Below the pieces are notes generated by a model. That model worked only from the letters and a program-made list of their open reading frames with translations. It made no database searches and was not told the origin of the DNA. A stretch of 64,000 bases of DNA from Verrucomicrobiota bacterium (lineage in GTDB: Bacteria > Verrucomicrobiota > Verrucomicrobiia > Limisphaerales > CANJXF01): positions 64,001 to 128,000 of the forward strand of contig JBBQRQ010000002.1 of NCBI GenBank assembly GCA_038214755.1, read 5' to 3'. The translations under genes were made by a program, and so were the position numbers. The number at the start of each line of letters is the position of its first letter. Position 1 is the first letter of the stretch. This document shows positions 9,632 through 19,717 of the stretch, piece after piece.

Positions 9632-12195
9632 GCGCGCCAAAATCCAAAATCATCGAGGCGAATCTGGGCAGGGCGGGCGCAAAATGGAAATGGCTGCGCT
9701 TTTTCCAACAGCTCGGAACGTTGGGTAGCGTGCTCACTTTGCTCGTGTTCCTGCTCGGCCTCGCGATGCAACGAGGCTGGATCGCTTCGCGTGCTTCGGC
9801 CATCGGGGTCGTCGTCTTGATTGTTCTCGGGGGCGGGACCGCTTTTCTGTTCATCATCGCGTTGGTCGCGAGCAAATTTCTGGCGCGCCCGTGGCTGGCG
9901 GAAAAAATTGAGCAAGGCGAACCCACCTTGCTTGATCGTCTGAACACGCTCGTTTTTTTGGAAAAACTTCCTGATAATTTCGATTCGCCATTGCAGTGGT
10001 TTCAGAAACGCATCTCCAATCAAGCGGCAGCCGTGCTTTCCGAAAAAACGCCGCGAATTCCTTTTCCCGCTCGCGCTGCGCTCATTCATAACGCCGTTTT
10101 TGTCGCCGTGCTCGTCGGCACAATTTATTTTTTCCATCGCTTTGCACCTTGGGAACAATTGCGCTCCAATGTCGAAACGAGGAACGCGTCGAGCGAACGC
10201 GATCCCGGCAATCTCGCATTGCCCGATGCCAATGCCGTCGAAGCAAAAAAAGAGTGGGGCGAAGTGCGCATCACTGATCCCGCGCAAGATTTGAAAGTGA
10301 CGAAAGTGGATGCCGTGCAATTGCAAATCGAAGCAGCGGCCAGCCGGCAATTGACCAGCAATTTTTGGTTCAGCACGGTGAATGGTCTCGCCGAAGTGTC
10401 GCACGTTTTGCCCGCATCCCCCGACCCGAAATACGCCGTGTATCAGCCGGTGATTTATGTGGATGAATTTCATTTGAGCGACTGGGACGTGATGACTTAT
10501 TACGCGCAAGCCCGCACTGGCAGCGATCAAACTTATGGCTCGGAAGTTTACTTTCTCGAAGTACGCCCATTTCGCGAAGACATTTTGAAAATGCCCGGTG
10601 GCGAAAGCGGTTCGGCGTATCAATGTTTGAACCAACTCACGCAACTCATCAATCGCCAGCAACATGTCGTGCGGCAGACGCACCACTTTTTGCAAACGCC
10701 TCCCGACGCGGAAAAAATGCAGGAACAGGACCGCGAAAAACTGGCCGAGGCGGAAAAAGATTTAAGTGAAGCGACGCAGCACCTTTACGCCGAGATGACT
10801 GTAAAAATGGAAAACAAACCGATTGGCGAAGTGCTGGATCAATTGGCCCTCGCGGAAAAAACTTTGATCAAAGCCTCTGGGTCGTTGCGGCAAAATCAAA
10901 TGCCCGTGGCGAAAAATGAGGAGCGCGAGGCCTTGAAGCAATTGATCGAGACGCGGAAAATTTTTCAGAAAACGGTTTCGGATCATCCCGACGCGTTCGA
11001 CGATAAAAAAGAAAATTCTGATGATGACGCCAGCCCGATTGCCGATGATGCAAAAGACAAGTTGAAAGAAATGGCGGAGTTCCGCAACGAAGAGAAAGCG
11101 ACGAAGGAATTCGTCAAACAAACTTTGGAAAAACAACAAGCGCTGGCGGCGAAAGCCCGCAAGGCGCGTGCGACGAATTACACTGCGCTTGCCCAACAGC
11201 AACGCGATTTGAAAACGGAACTCGAACAATTCCAAGCGCAGCATCCGCAGGTTTTCAAGCAGGTAACGAATGAATCAGCGCAAGCCACCAGCGCCATGGA
11301 AAAAGCCGCAGCTGATTTGGAAAAGAAAGTGCCTTCCGCGAAAAAGCAACCGCAAGTTGCTTCAGAAAAACTGGAGGAATTGAGCAAGGCTCTTGATGAG
11401 GAAATGTCCAATCAGCAATTAAGCAGCGCTTACAAGTTGAAAAAACTTTTAGACCAGCAGATTGGAAAACTGGAAAAGGCGGCGGAGCAACCGGACTTGC
11501 GGGAATTGAAAAAAACTGCGCAACAAGCGAAGGAGACAACGGATCAATTGAAGCAAACCGCCGAACAAAAACCGACGAGCGATTTGTTTGGCCCTGAATT
11601 GGCGAAGTCTTTGAACAAGGAAAATAAAAACACGCTCGATAAAAAATTGGATGATCTCGCGCACGCCAGTTCGCCGGAAAATCAGCAGGCTCTGGCGGTC
11701 AAGGCCAAGGAAAGTTTGCAGCAAGTCAGCAAAGCTTTTGAACAAAGCCAGCCGCAGGCGATGCAGCAGGCCAAGAAAAATGATGCGCTCAAAGAAGGCG
11801 ATCAAAACACTTTTGAAAAAGGGATGGCGCAATTGCAAGGACTTTTGAATCGCCTGCAAAATAACAAGCCGCTTTCGCCGGAGGATTTAAAAAAATTGCA
11901 GCAGGAAACGAGTTTTAATTTGCAAGACGGGTTGAATTCTCTTTATGGCTCGAAGGAAAATTCCAAAAAAATGTTGCTGATGATCGAGCAGGAATTGAAG
12001 GAGAAAGGACATCCCCTCGATATCGAAGGCGTAAAAAAATTGATGGCCGAGCTGGAACATTTTTCCGCCGAAGTCAAAGACCCTTCCAAAAAATCCGACG
12101 ATCCAGTGGTGACGAATATTGACCCGACCCGTTTACCGCCAGCTTATCGCGGTCGCGTGGAAAAATATTTTCGCAAATTGTCCGAAGCCAAATAG
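9628..12195 (+). CDS. Membrane protein with long Q/E/K coiled coil (DUF4175-like)
   Basis: N-terminal TM helices, coiled-coil body, PPAYRGRVEKYFRKL terminus. Confidence 0.7.
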   Translation: MSAPKSKIIEANLGRAGAKWKWLRFFQQLGTLGSVLTLLVFLLGLAMQRGWIASRASAIGVVVLIVLGGGTAFLFIIALVASKFLARPWLAEKIEQGEPTLLDRLNTLVFLEKLPDNFDSPLQWFQKRISNQAAAVLSEKTPRIPFPARAALIHNAVFVAVLVGTIYFFHRFAPWEQLRSNVETRNASSERDPGNLALPDANAVEAKKEWGEVRITDPAQDLKVTKVDAVQLQIEAAASRQLTSNFWFSTVNGLAEVSHVLPASPDPKYAVYQPVIYVDEFHLSDWDVMTYYAQARTGSDQTYGSEVYFLEVRPFREDILKMPGGESGSAYQCLNQLTQLINRQQHVVRQTHHFLQTPPDAEKMQEQDREKLAEAEKDLSEATQHLYAEMTVKMENKPIGEVLDQLALAEKTLIKASGSLRQNQMPVAKNEEREALKQLIETRKIFQKTVSDHPDAFDDKKENSDDDASPIADDAKDKLKEMAEFRNEEKATKEFVKQTLEKQQALAAKARKARATNYTALAQQQRDLKTELEQFQAQHPQVFKQVTNESAQATSAMEKAAADLEKKVPSAKKQPQVASEKLEELSKALDEEMSNQQLSSAYKLKKLLDQQIGKLEKAAEQPDLRELKKTAQQAKETTDQLKQTAEQKPTSDLFGPELAKSLNKENKNTLDKKLDDLAHASSPENQQALAVKAKESLQQVSKAFEQSQPQAMQQAKKNDALKEGDQNTFEKGMAQLQGLLNRLQNNKPLSPEDLKKLQQETSFNLQDGLNSLYGSKENSKKMLLMIEQELKEKGHPLDIEGVKKLMAELEHFSAEVKDPSKKSDDPVVTNIDPTRLPPAYRGRVEKYFRKLSEAK

Positions 12196-12198
12196 GTG

Positions 12199-14424
12199 AT
12201 GCGCTCGATCATTTTTGATTTTCCCTTGGCGCTGCCGATTGGTTTGGCTTTGACGCTCGGCTTGCTGGGATGGTCGATTCGGAGTTTTCGGAAACACGGG
12301 TTGTCGAAATCACGCATCGCATTGTTAACGACGTTGCGTGGCGCGACTTTGCTTCTCCTGGTTTTTCTCGGGGCGCGTCCGGTGTGGGTCGAGAAACAGC
12401 GCGAGCAAAAGGAGAGAAGAAATATTCTGTTGCTCATGGACAAAAGCGAAAGCATGTCGCTTCAGGAAAATGAGCAAACGCGTTACGCACGCGCCATCGC
12501 CTTTACTCGCGAACATCTTTTGCCGGGCTTCGAAGAAGCAAAATTGAAAGTGCAGCCGTTTCTTTTTGCTGAAGATGCCGAGCCGGTCGATGGGCCGAAA
12601 CTGGTCGCGGCAAAAGCTGACGGCAAACGATCCAATCTCGGACGTGCCATCGCTCGCGCGTTGGAAAGTTCGCCCAACGCGCTGGCGGTGATCGCGTTGA
12701 CCGATGGCGCGGCGAACGAAAAATCCGACAACATGCGCGCGCTTTCCGCCTTGCTCGATTCCCATGTGCCGTTCATCGGCATTGGCTTCGGCAGTGACAC
12801 AGGAGTAAAAATGTTGTCGTTGCAACAAGTTGAAGCGCCGCCGATTGCCGCGCCGAACACGCGCTTTGAAATAACCGCGCACCTGGAAACAATGAACGTG
12901 AATGATCTGCCCGCGTTCGATCTGGTTTTGTTGCGCGACGGACATTTTCTGCAAAAGAAAACGGTGGTGGCCAGCAGCGGTTCGCGATTCTGGCTGGAAA
13001 GTTTTCGGGTCGAAGAAAAATCTGAAGGCGCGCACAACTACGAAATTCAACTTGCGCCGCCCAATCTTCCGGGACTCGCCAGAGCAGGGACGACGGGCAG
13101 CGTGGCGGTGCGCATCGCGTCCGAGCGCGAGTTGCGGGTGTTGTATGTGCAAGGCGCGTTGACGTGGGATTACAAGTTTATCGCCATGGCGTTGCACGGT
13201 GACCCGACGATCAAACTCACTGGCCTGACGCGCACTTCGAGCAAATCAGTTTTTCGCCAGAACGTGGAGAACGCAGGCGAATTGCTGGAGGGTTTTCCAA
13301 AAACGATTGAAGGCATCGCGCCTTTTCGCGTGATTGTGCTTTCCAATTTGCGGCCAGTGGATCTTTCGACTGAGCAACAGGAGTTGCTGGCAAAATTTTC
13401 CGGCGAACTGGGCGGTGGCGTGCTGATGATCGGCGGCCCGGAAACTTTTGATTCATCGTGGCGCGACAGCCGGTTGGAAAAATTGTTGCCGGTTATTTTT
13501 TCTGAAAACGGCGGCGTGCAAGGTCTGGATCGCCCTTTTCAACTCGAACTGACAGACGAAGCTTTGCAACATCCGGTTTTTCAAATCAGCGACGGCGGCG
13601 CGTTGCGGCGCACGTGGAACGCTTTGCCGAAATTCCACCAATACGGCCGCGTTGATTCTGCGAAGCCGGGCGCGCAAGTCTGGGCGTTGCATCAAACGGA
13701 TGAAGGCCCGAAAGGCCGGCGCATTTTGATGGCGTCGCAACATTATGGTTCTGGATTGAGCGCGATTTTGACGGTGCAAAATTTTTGGTTGTGGCGTCTG
13801 GCGAAGGATTCCGAGCCGCAGGAGTTCGACCGTTTTTGGCGGCAACTGTTTCGTTTTCTCGCGGAATCGAGCCGGCAGGATGTCGCGATTCATATCGCCG
13901 ATCAGGAACTTCGGCCTGATGTGGATATTCGATTGGTTCTAGAAAAAGAGCCGAGTCCAAAAGATGTCACCACTTCGAAGGCAAAATTTACGGCGCGGGT
14001 GGAAGATGCGCAGAAAAAAATTCTCGCTGAACAAACTTTGGAATTGCCCACGGGGCGTCCGGTTGATTTTTCATTTCATCCAAAGAACGCAGGACTTTAC
14101 ACCGTCTCGATTTTGAATGAGTTGAAACAGCCGGTTGCGACGCGTTCGATTGAAATTCGCGAGTTGAATGTGGAGTTGCAAAATTCGGCGCGGAACATGG
14201 AGAACCTGCAACAATGGGCTTCACTCAGCGATGGACTGGCTTTGCGCGCGGAAGATTGTCGCGACGGCGCAGAACTTCTGGCGCAATTGAAACCGAAGCT
14301 GGAACAGGCACGGCAGTCGCCCAAAGTGCGCGCGCCGATTGGCGTCAACGGCTGGACGTTTGCCTTTTTGCTGGGCTGCTTGAGTTTGGAATGGGGTTTG
14401 CGCAAACGATTTGGCATGGCCTGA
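12199..14424 (+). CDS. vWA + glutamine-amidotransferase-like membrane protein
   Basis: LMDKSESM, LTDG, GGGVLMIGGPETF, EWGLRKRFGMA end. Confidence 0.75.
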   Translation: MRSIIFDFPLALPIGLALTLGLLGWSIRSFRKHGLSKSRIALLTTLRGATLLLLVFLGARPVWVEKQREQKERRNILLLMDKSESMSLQENEQTRYARAIAFTREHLLPGFEEAKLKVQPFLFAEDAEPVDGPKLVAAKADGKRSNLGRAIARALESSPNALAVIALTDGAANEKSDNMRALSALLDSHVPFIGIGFGSDTGVKMLSLQQVEAPPIAAPNTRFEITAHLETMNVNDLPAFDLVLLRDGHFLQKKTVVASSGSRFWLESFRVEEKSEGAHNYEIQLAPPNLPGLARAGTTGSVAVRIASERELRVLYVQGALTWDYKFIAMALHGDPTIKLTGLTRTSSKSVFRQNVENAGELLEGFPKTIEGIAPFRVIVLSNLRPVDLSTEQQELLAKFSGELGGGVLMIGGPETFDSSWRDSRLEKLLPVIFSENGGVQGLDRPFQLELTDEALQHPVFQISDGGALRRTWNALPKFHQYGRVDSAKPGAQVWALHQTDEGPKGRRILMASQHYGSGLSAILTVQNFWLWRLAKDSEPQEFDRFWRQLFRFLAESSRQDVAIHIADQELRPDVDIRLVLEKEPSPKDVTTSKAKFTARVEDAQKKILAEQTLELPTGRPVDFSFHPKNAGLYTVSILNELKQPVATRSIEIRELNVELQNSARNMENLQQWASLSDGLALRAEDCRDGAELLAQLKPKLEQARQSPKVRAPIGVNGWTFAFLLGCLSLEWGLRKRFGMA

Positions 14425-14433
14425 AAATTTTTA

Positions 14434-15123
14434 ATGAAGAATTCGCTTATGAAAAAATTAAAAATCCTGCTCGCGATTATGTGCTGCGGCTTCCTGGCGC
14501 GCGCGGAAAATCCGCCCAAGCGTGAGGACAGGCTCGCCACATTTTTTATGGGCCGCGTCAAATATGCGAGCAACGACGGGCGCGATTGTGGCGGGGTGGG
14601 AGAAGATTTAATGAAGCTCGTTTCACGCGCCTCGACGATTAAGATTCAGGAAGAACGGCAGGTAAAATTGGCCGAGGCGCTTCTTTTTGAAACGCCGTTT
14701 GTGTTTATGAATGGCCACGACGATTTCGTTTTGACTGAAGCCGAGTTGCAAAATCTGCGTAAATATTTGAGCCACGGCGGATTTATTTTTGGCTCCGGTT
14801 GTTGCACGAATCCTAATTTCCCAAAAGCGTGGCGGCGCGAATTCAGTCGTGTTTTTGCAGGGGAGTCGGTCAAAGCGTTGAGCTATGACCATTTGATTTA
14901 CCGTTCGTTCTACAAAGTTGATCGCGTGAAATGCCTCGATAAACCGCGCAACATCCAGCTTGAAGGTTTATTTTACCAGGGAAATCTCGTCGCGGTGATG
15001 TGCGAAGATGGCCTCTGCTGTTCCTTCAGCGCGAACAACACTTGCAACGACGGTAAAGGAATAAGCCCGAACGATGGACAGAAACTCGCGTTGAACATCG
15101 CGGTGTTCGCGCTGACGCATTAA
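14434..15123 (+). CDS. DUF4159-domain protein
   Basis: PFVFMNGH..LRKYLSHGGFIF..NIAVFALTH. Confidence 0.8.
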   Translation: MKNSLMKKLKILLAIMCCGFLARAENPPKREDRLATFFMGRVKYASNDGRDCGGVGEDLMKLVSRASTIKIQEERQVKLAEALLFETPFVFMNGHDDFVLTEAELQNLRKYLSHGGFIFGSGCCTNPNFPKAWRREFSRVFAGESVKALSYDHLIYRSFYKVDRVKCLDKPRNIQLEGLFYQGNLVAVMCEDGLCCSFSANNTCNDGKGISPNDGQKLALNIAVFALTH

Positions 15124-15146
15124 TCAGGTTGGCGAATGGTTCAAAT

Positions 15147-16541
15147 TCAGTCTTCAGCGCGCTCGCCATGCGGCGCCATCTTCACGAGCTTCGGATCGAA
15201 TTGGCCGATCGTTTCCACCAAGTCGGATTGCGCAGCCATGACCGTATGAATGTCTTTGTAAACCATCGGCGCTTCGTCAAGGCCAGCGGAAATGAGCGTC
15301 ACTCCGCGTTCGCGCAGAAATTGATTCACTGCTTTCCAATTGAAAGTTTGCGACGCGCGAGTGCGGCTCATGACACGTCCCGCTCCATGCGAAGCAGAAT
15401 GCAAAGATTCAGCATTCCCTTTTCCACGAACAACAAATCCGGGGGTCGCCATTGAGCCAGGGATTATTCCCAACACACCCGTGCCCGCTGGCGTGGCACC
15501 TTTGCGATGCACCACGACCTCACGCTCTACGCCCTCGATAACGTGCTTTTCTTTCCAGGCAAAGTTGTGGTGGTTTTCCAGATCGAGCAAGACCTGCGCG
15601 CCGAGATTTTCCGCGATGTGTTTATGAATGCAGGCGTGATTCGCGGCGGCGTATTGTCCCATCAATTCCATCGCGTTCCAATACTCCTGCCCTTCCTGCG
15701 AATCGAGCGACAACCACGCGAGCCGCTTCAATTCGCTCGGCAAATCGGGAAACTGGCTGAACGCGATCTTGCTGTAGTAATCGCAGACCGACGCGCCTGT
15801 GCCGCGACTCCCGCTGTGTGACAGCAACGCCACATAAGTGCCCGGTTCCAATTCGTTGATTTTCGAGTGCGCCGTGAATAGACCAAACTCGACAAAATGA
15901 TTGCCGCTGCCGCTCGTGCCGAGTTGCGACCACGCGCGGTCTTTGTTTTGTTTCGTAATTGGACTGACCGACCAGTCCGCGTCGAGCACGCCGTGGTGGC
16001 GACGCTCCTTGAAATTCGCGCCGATGCCGAAGCGCGTCTCCGCTTCGATGGCGCGCGTGAGCCGGTCCTGCTTGCGTTCCAGATCGCGCAACGGCAGATC
16101 GAGCACCGTCATCTTCATGCGGCACGCGATGTCCACACCAACGGCGTAAGGAATCACCGCGTTCTCGGTGGCCAGCACGCCGCCGATGGGCAGGCCGTAG
16201 CCCACATGCGCGTCCGGCATGAGCGCGCCCGCCACCGAGATCGGCAACAGACACGCCTTTTCCATCTGCATCACCGCCTCATGTTCCAAACCTTCGCCCC
16301 ATTGCCGATACTTCACCGGCTCGGCGCGCGGCGGCGGTGGCGCATGGAGCAACGCCTTCGCAAGCTCGCCGCGCAATGCGTCATCCACGAACGCCGCCGG
16401 ATTGGCGACAATGGCCGCGACATCTTCGTGCAACCGCGACTTGTCGCCGCCGCCGAGGATAAACTTGCAAACAAAATCCGTCGCGCGCCGGGTGGCCTCG
16501 CCGAGCGGAACTCCCGTTCGTAAAAAATCTTTCGCATTCAT
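15147..16541 (-). CDS. rtcB: RtcB-family RNA ligase
   Basis: MPDAHVGYGLPIGG, VGVDIAC, SGNHFVE, NHHNFAW, HRKGAT, SHGAGR. Confidence 0.95.
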   Translation of the reverse strand: MNAKDFLRTGVPLGEATRRATDFVCKFILGGGDKSRLHEDVAAIVANPAAFVDDALRGELAKALLHAPPPPRAEPVKYRQWGEGLEHEAVMQMEKACLLPISVAGALMPDAHVGYGLPIGGVLATENAVIPYAVGVDIACRMKMTVLDLPLRDLERKQDRLTRAIEAETRFGIGANFKERRHHGVLDADWSVSPITKQNKDRAWSQLGTSGSGNHFVEFGLFTAHSKINELEPGTYVALLSHSGSRGTGASVCDYYSKIAFSQFPDLPSELKRLAWLSLDSQEGQEYWNAMELMGQYAAANHACIHKHIAENLGAQVLLDLENHHNFAWKEKHVIEGVEREVVVHRKGATPAGTGVLGIIPGSMATPGFVVRGKGNAESLHSASHGAGRVMSRTRASQTFNWKAVNQFLRERGVTLISAGLDEAPMVYKDIHTVMAAQSDLVETIGQFDPKLVKMAPHGERAED

Positions 16542-16575
16542 AACAAAATTGCTTCTCCCGGTTTGAGGCGGAAAC

Positions 16576-17868
16576 TCACTTTTGCGCCTTGCTCAACTCC
16601 GATTCGATCTCCTCGACCGTCGGCAGGCTGCCCTTCAGATTCTTCGGCAGGGATTCGACGAGCTTGGTCTGCCATTGCGCGACGCCGATGGGCTTCTTCA
16701 AATCGCGCAACGCATATTCCACCGTCAAGTTGTCGCGCTCCTTGCACAGCAACAGTCCGATAGACGGCTTGTCATCTGCGTGACGCAACTGATCGTCCAC
16801 GGCGGAGAGATAGAAATTCATTTTACCGGCGAACTCCGGCTCAAAGGCTTTCATCTTCAAATCGATCACCACGTAGCTGCGCAACCGCAGATGATAGAAC
16901 AACAGGTCGAGATAATAATCCTGCCCGCCAATTTCCAGGTGAAACTGCCGTCCCACGAACGCAAACCCGACGCCGAGCTGAAGCAGGAACTTCTGGATGT
17001 GATCCAGCAAACCCAATTCAAGGTCGCGCTCATGCGCGTCGGCGCGGAGCGTGAGGAAATCGAAGGTGTAAGGGTCTTTGAGCGTCTGCTCGGCCAGATC
17101 GGATTGCACCGGCGGCAACGTGCGCTGGAAGTTCGTAACCGCCTTGCCTTCGCGTTTGTGCAATTGCGCTTCGATGTGGTGCGTCAGCACCGCGCGTGAC
17201 CAGCCATGCTCGACGGCTTTGCGCGCATACCAAAGGCGGTCAGCGGCGGATTCGAGTTTTTGCAGCAACACAATGTTGTGACCCCACGGCAGCGAAGCCA
17301 TTGGTTCGGGCGGAGCGGCAAATTCTGTTGCAGGCTGTGACAGTTTTTGCGCCGGGAATTCTCTTACAGCTTGTGAGAGAATCTGCGGTTCGGATTCTCC
17401 AAGTCGCTGAGGAAGAATCGCCTCCTCCGGCAATTGTCGCACAAGCTGTGCGACAATTGCCGAACCCGACTGAGCAGCCGCCTTTTTCCCGCCGCCCGGT
17501 AATTGTCGCACAGGTTGTGCGACAATTGCGTTCGCCGGTGCATAACCCAGGAAGAACGCCCTCATGCGATAAAGATTCTTGCGAGAAAATCCTGCCATCT
17601 CGGGGAACTCCTCGGTCAAGTCATGCGAGAGGCGATCAAGCACGCGGTCGCCCCATTTGTGCGTTTTCTGTTGTTCAACGATGGCTCTGCCAATGTCCCA
17701 ATACAACGCGATCAGCTCGCGATTGACGGAAACCGCCGCGCGAAGTTGCGACGCGCGGACGCGCATCTTGAGGTCGGCGAGAATGGTGGCGTAATCGGCA
17801 GGCAATGCGCTGGACGCTTTGCCGCCGATGGCTTTTGCCAAGCTGATGGTTGATTTCTTTTTCGCCAT
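16576..17868 (-). CDS. YhcG/DUF1016 PD-(D/E)xK nuclease-domain protein
   Basis: LYWDIG, LPWGHN, KDPYTFDFL, DLLFYHLRLRSYVVIDLK, GKMNFYL. Confidence 0.9.
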   Translation of the reverse strand: MAKKKSTISLAKAIGGKASSALPADYATILADLKMRVRASQLRAAVSVNRELIALYWDIGRAIVEQQKTHKWGDRVLDRLSHDLTEEFPEMAGFSRKNLYRMRAFFLGYAPANAIVAQPVRQLPGGGKKAAAQSGSAIVAQLVRQLPEEAILPQRLGESEPQILSQAVREFPAQKLSQPATEFAAPPEPMASLPWGHNIVLLQKLESAADRLWYARKAVEHGWSRAVLTHHIEAQLHKREGKAVTNFQRTLPPVQSDLAEQTLKDPYTFDFLTLRADAHERDLELGLLDHIQKFLLQLGVGFAFVGRQFHLEIGGQDYYLDLLFYHLRLRSYVVIDLKMKAFEPEFAGKMNFYLSAVDDQLRHADDKPSIGLLLCKERDNLTVEYALRDLKKPIGVAQWQTKLVESLPKNLKGSLPTVEEIESELSKAQK

Positions 17869-17936
17869 ACCCAGAGTTAGCCGGTGATTCCTGGTTGATG
17901 ATGTTAAAGGTGGATTGGGTTGAAAAGCCTTTCCAA

Positions 17937-17990
17937 ACGGGCAGCTTCACCCAGCGGCACACCGAGAGGAATAAAATCTTTAGTGTTCAT
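17937..17990 (-). pseudogene. Orphan copy of rtcB 5' end (MNTKDFIPLGVPLGEAAR)
   Basis: Translates to a close match of the RtcB start MNAKDFLRTGVPLGEATR; frame closes at 17904. Confidence 0.85.
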
Positions 17991-18032
17991 GAAAAATGCG
18001 TTTCAACAGGAACAGTGCCACCACCACCAAGC

Positions 18033-19166
18033 TCACGCTATCGCTTGGCGCAATTCGCCCGGCGAAACAATTGAAAGTTTCAGCCTATCCTGAACCCGCT
18101 CATACGCCGGGCCGTTCAATGGGCTGACCACATAGTTTTTCCCTTTTGGATACTGTTCGCGAAACGCCGCCAGCCCGCGCGTTTCAAACGCATCCGCTTT
18201 CCATTTGCATTCGATGGCGTCAACGGCATCGCGGCCGCGCGGCACGACGAAGTCCACTTCGCGCTGCTGTTTGTCGCGCCAGAAATGAATCTTCGGCAGA
18301 TTGGCGGCGATAAGGGTGTCCAGCACGAGATGCTCCCACAACACGCCGCAATCCTCCGTTCGCAAATGATCCCAGCCGCGCGCGTGGCAGACCAACCCCG
18401 TGTCAAAACCGAACACCTTCGGCTGCGCCACGATCTCCCGCCGCCCGCCTGCTGAAAACGGACGCACCAAATGCGCCACATGCGTGATCTGATAAACCTC
18501 CAGCCAGTTCGTGACGGCAGGCCGGCTGATCTGGCTTTCGGCGGCCAGCTTCGTCACGTCCAGCATCCCGCCGCTTTGGCGCATCAACAATTCCAGCACG
18601 CGCAGAAAACCGGCGCGTTTCTCCAGCCGGAAAAGCTCCTGGACGTCGCGCGCGAAATAGGAATCCTGCCACTCGGCGTAGAATTCTGGATTGTGTTTCT
18701 CCGCGAGCAGCGCGGGCGGCAATCCCCCGCGCAACAAACGTTCCCGCAAATCCGTCACGCCGAACGCCGCCAATTCCTCGTGCAACACCGGCACCAGCTG
18801 CACCACCCGCTTGCGCCCCGTCAGGCTGTCGCGGAACTTTTGCGTGGCCGCGAGCGTGGACGAACCCGTCGCCAGGATTTTCAATTTGGGAAAATCATCC
18901 GCGCCAATCTTCAACAGCCGGCTTGGATCGGGAAGCTGATGCACCTCGTCGAACACCACCAGCCGCTTTTTCACGGAACGGAAAAAACTCTCCGGATCGC
19001 GCAGCCGTTCCGCCACGCTGGGCAGGTCGCAGTTGAGAAACTCCGCGTCGGGAAAGCTCTGCGCCAGCACCGTCTTGCCCGCGCGCCGCGGCCCGCTCAG
19101 CCAGACAATGGACGCCTGTTTCCACGCGGCGACGAGCCGTTCAGTCCAAAAAGGTCGGTCAATCAT
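18033..19166 (-). CDS. AAA_14 ATPase + DUF4143 protein
   Basis: GPRRAGKT, FDEVH, ATGSS, C-terminal REVDFV..IECKW nuclease-like motif. Confidence 0.9.
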   Translation of the reverse strand: MIDRPFWTERLVAAWKQASIVWLSGPRRAGKTVLAQSFPDAEFLNCDLPSVAERLRDPESFFRSVKKRLVVFDEVHQLPDPSRLLKIGADDFPKLKILATGSSTLAATQKFRDSLTGRKRVVQLVPVLHEELAAFGVTDLRERLLRGGLPPALLAEKHNPEFYAEWQDSYFARDVQELFRLEKRAGFLRVLELLMRQSGGMLDVTKLAAESQISRPAVTNWLEVYQITHVAHLVRPFSAGGRREIVAQPKVFGFDTGLVCHARGWDHLRTEDCGVLWEHLVLDTLIAANLPKIHFWRDKQQREVDFVVPRGRDAVDAIECKWKADAFETRGLAAFREQYPKGKNYVVSPLNGPAYERVQDRLKLSIVSPGELRQAIA

Positions 19167-19172
19167 GGCAGG

Positions 19173-19208
19173 CAGACTTTACGTTTAGACGGCTAAAAGT
19201 AAAGTCTG
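19173..19208. repeat. Palindrome immediately upstream of AAA-DUF4143 gene 1
   Basis: CAGACTTTACGTTTAG-acgg-CTAAAAGTAAAGTCTG, 16-bp arms with one mismatch. Confidence 0.8.
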
Positions 19209-19304
19209 GATTCGGCGCGCGGCGTTTACGCCGCTTCAACTCCCGGCTGTTGAGCGCCGCAGAGATGCCTCACGATGTCGTGCGGTGAAGCGGACTGAAC
19301 TTTG

Positions 19305-19533
19305 AATCCCAACGGGATTCCAGCGTTCAGCCAAAGGTTGCGACGAAGGAGCTATCTTGGGTTCGCATCCCAAAATATCCACAACCCCAACGCGGGTTGC
19401 ATCGTTTTCATTTATCCGTTTCTGATTCACGGGCGGACGCAACTCCTTCAGAGTTGAAATTCTTTTTTCACGTTTTCCCAGGGTAGCTCGTTCCTCGCAA
19501 CCTTGGGCTGACTGACGAAATCCCGTTGGGATT
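19305..19533. repeat. Dispersed palindromic MITE/REPIN-like element
   Basis: AATCCCAACGGGATT...AATCCCGTTGGGATT ends; internal GTAGCTCGTTCCTCGCAAC shared with the copy at 28325-28596. Confidence 0.8.
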
Positions 19534-19547
19534 TTCAAAAGCATGAG

Positions 19548-19643
19548 CCGTCGCGCGCCGCGTGGCTTCACCCGGCGGCACGTCTTGGCGCGCCGAAGTT
19601 GGACGCAAGGGGGGACGAGACGGAGAAAATCTTTGGCGTTCAT
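19548..19643 (-). pseudogene. Second orphan copy of rtcB 5' end
   Basis: MNAKDFLRL, then an ~30-nt insertion, then VPPGEATRRAT; CGGCGCGCGACGG identical to rtcB. Confidence 0.85.
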
Positions 19644-19717
19644 GTCAAACAAGGGTCGTCCTCCCATTCGAGAACTTGCGCGTTCGTCGCCCCCGTCATG
19701 TCAGCCCACGTTTTCAC
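19640..19717 (-). pseudogene. 25-codon mini-ORF, probable internally deleted remnant of the gene between RNA ligase and rtcB
   Basis: [29 protein letters not shown] overlap with the ligase stop and ATGA overlap with the rtcB' start. Confidence 0.55.

Noticed and set aside
19236..19667. 143-aa ORF containing MNAKDFLR
   Set aside because: Read-through of the rtcB 5' relic into a palindromic repeat; not a real gene.
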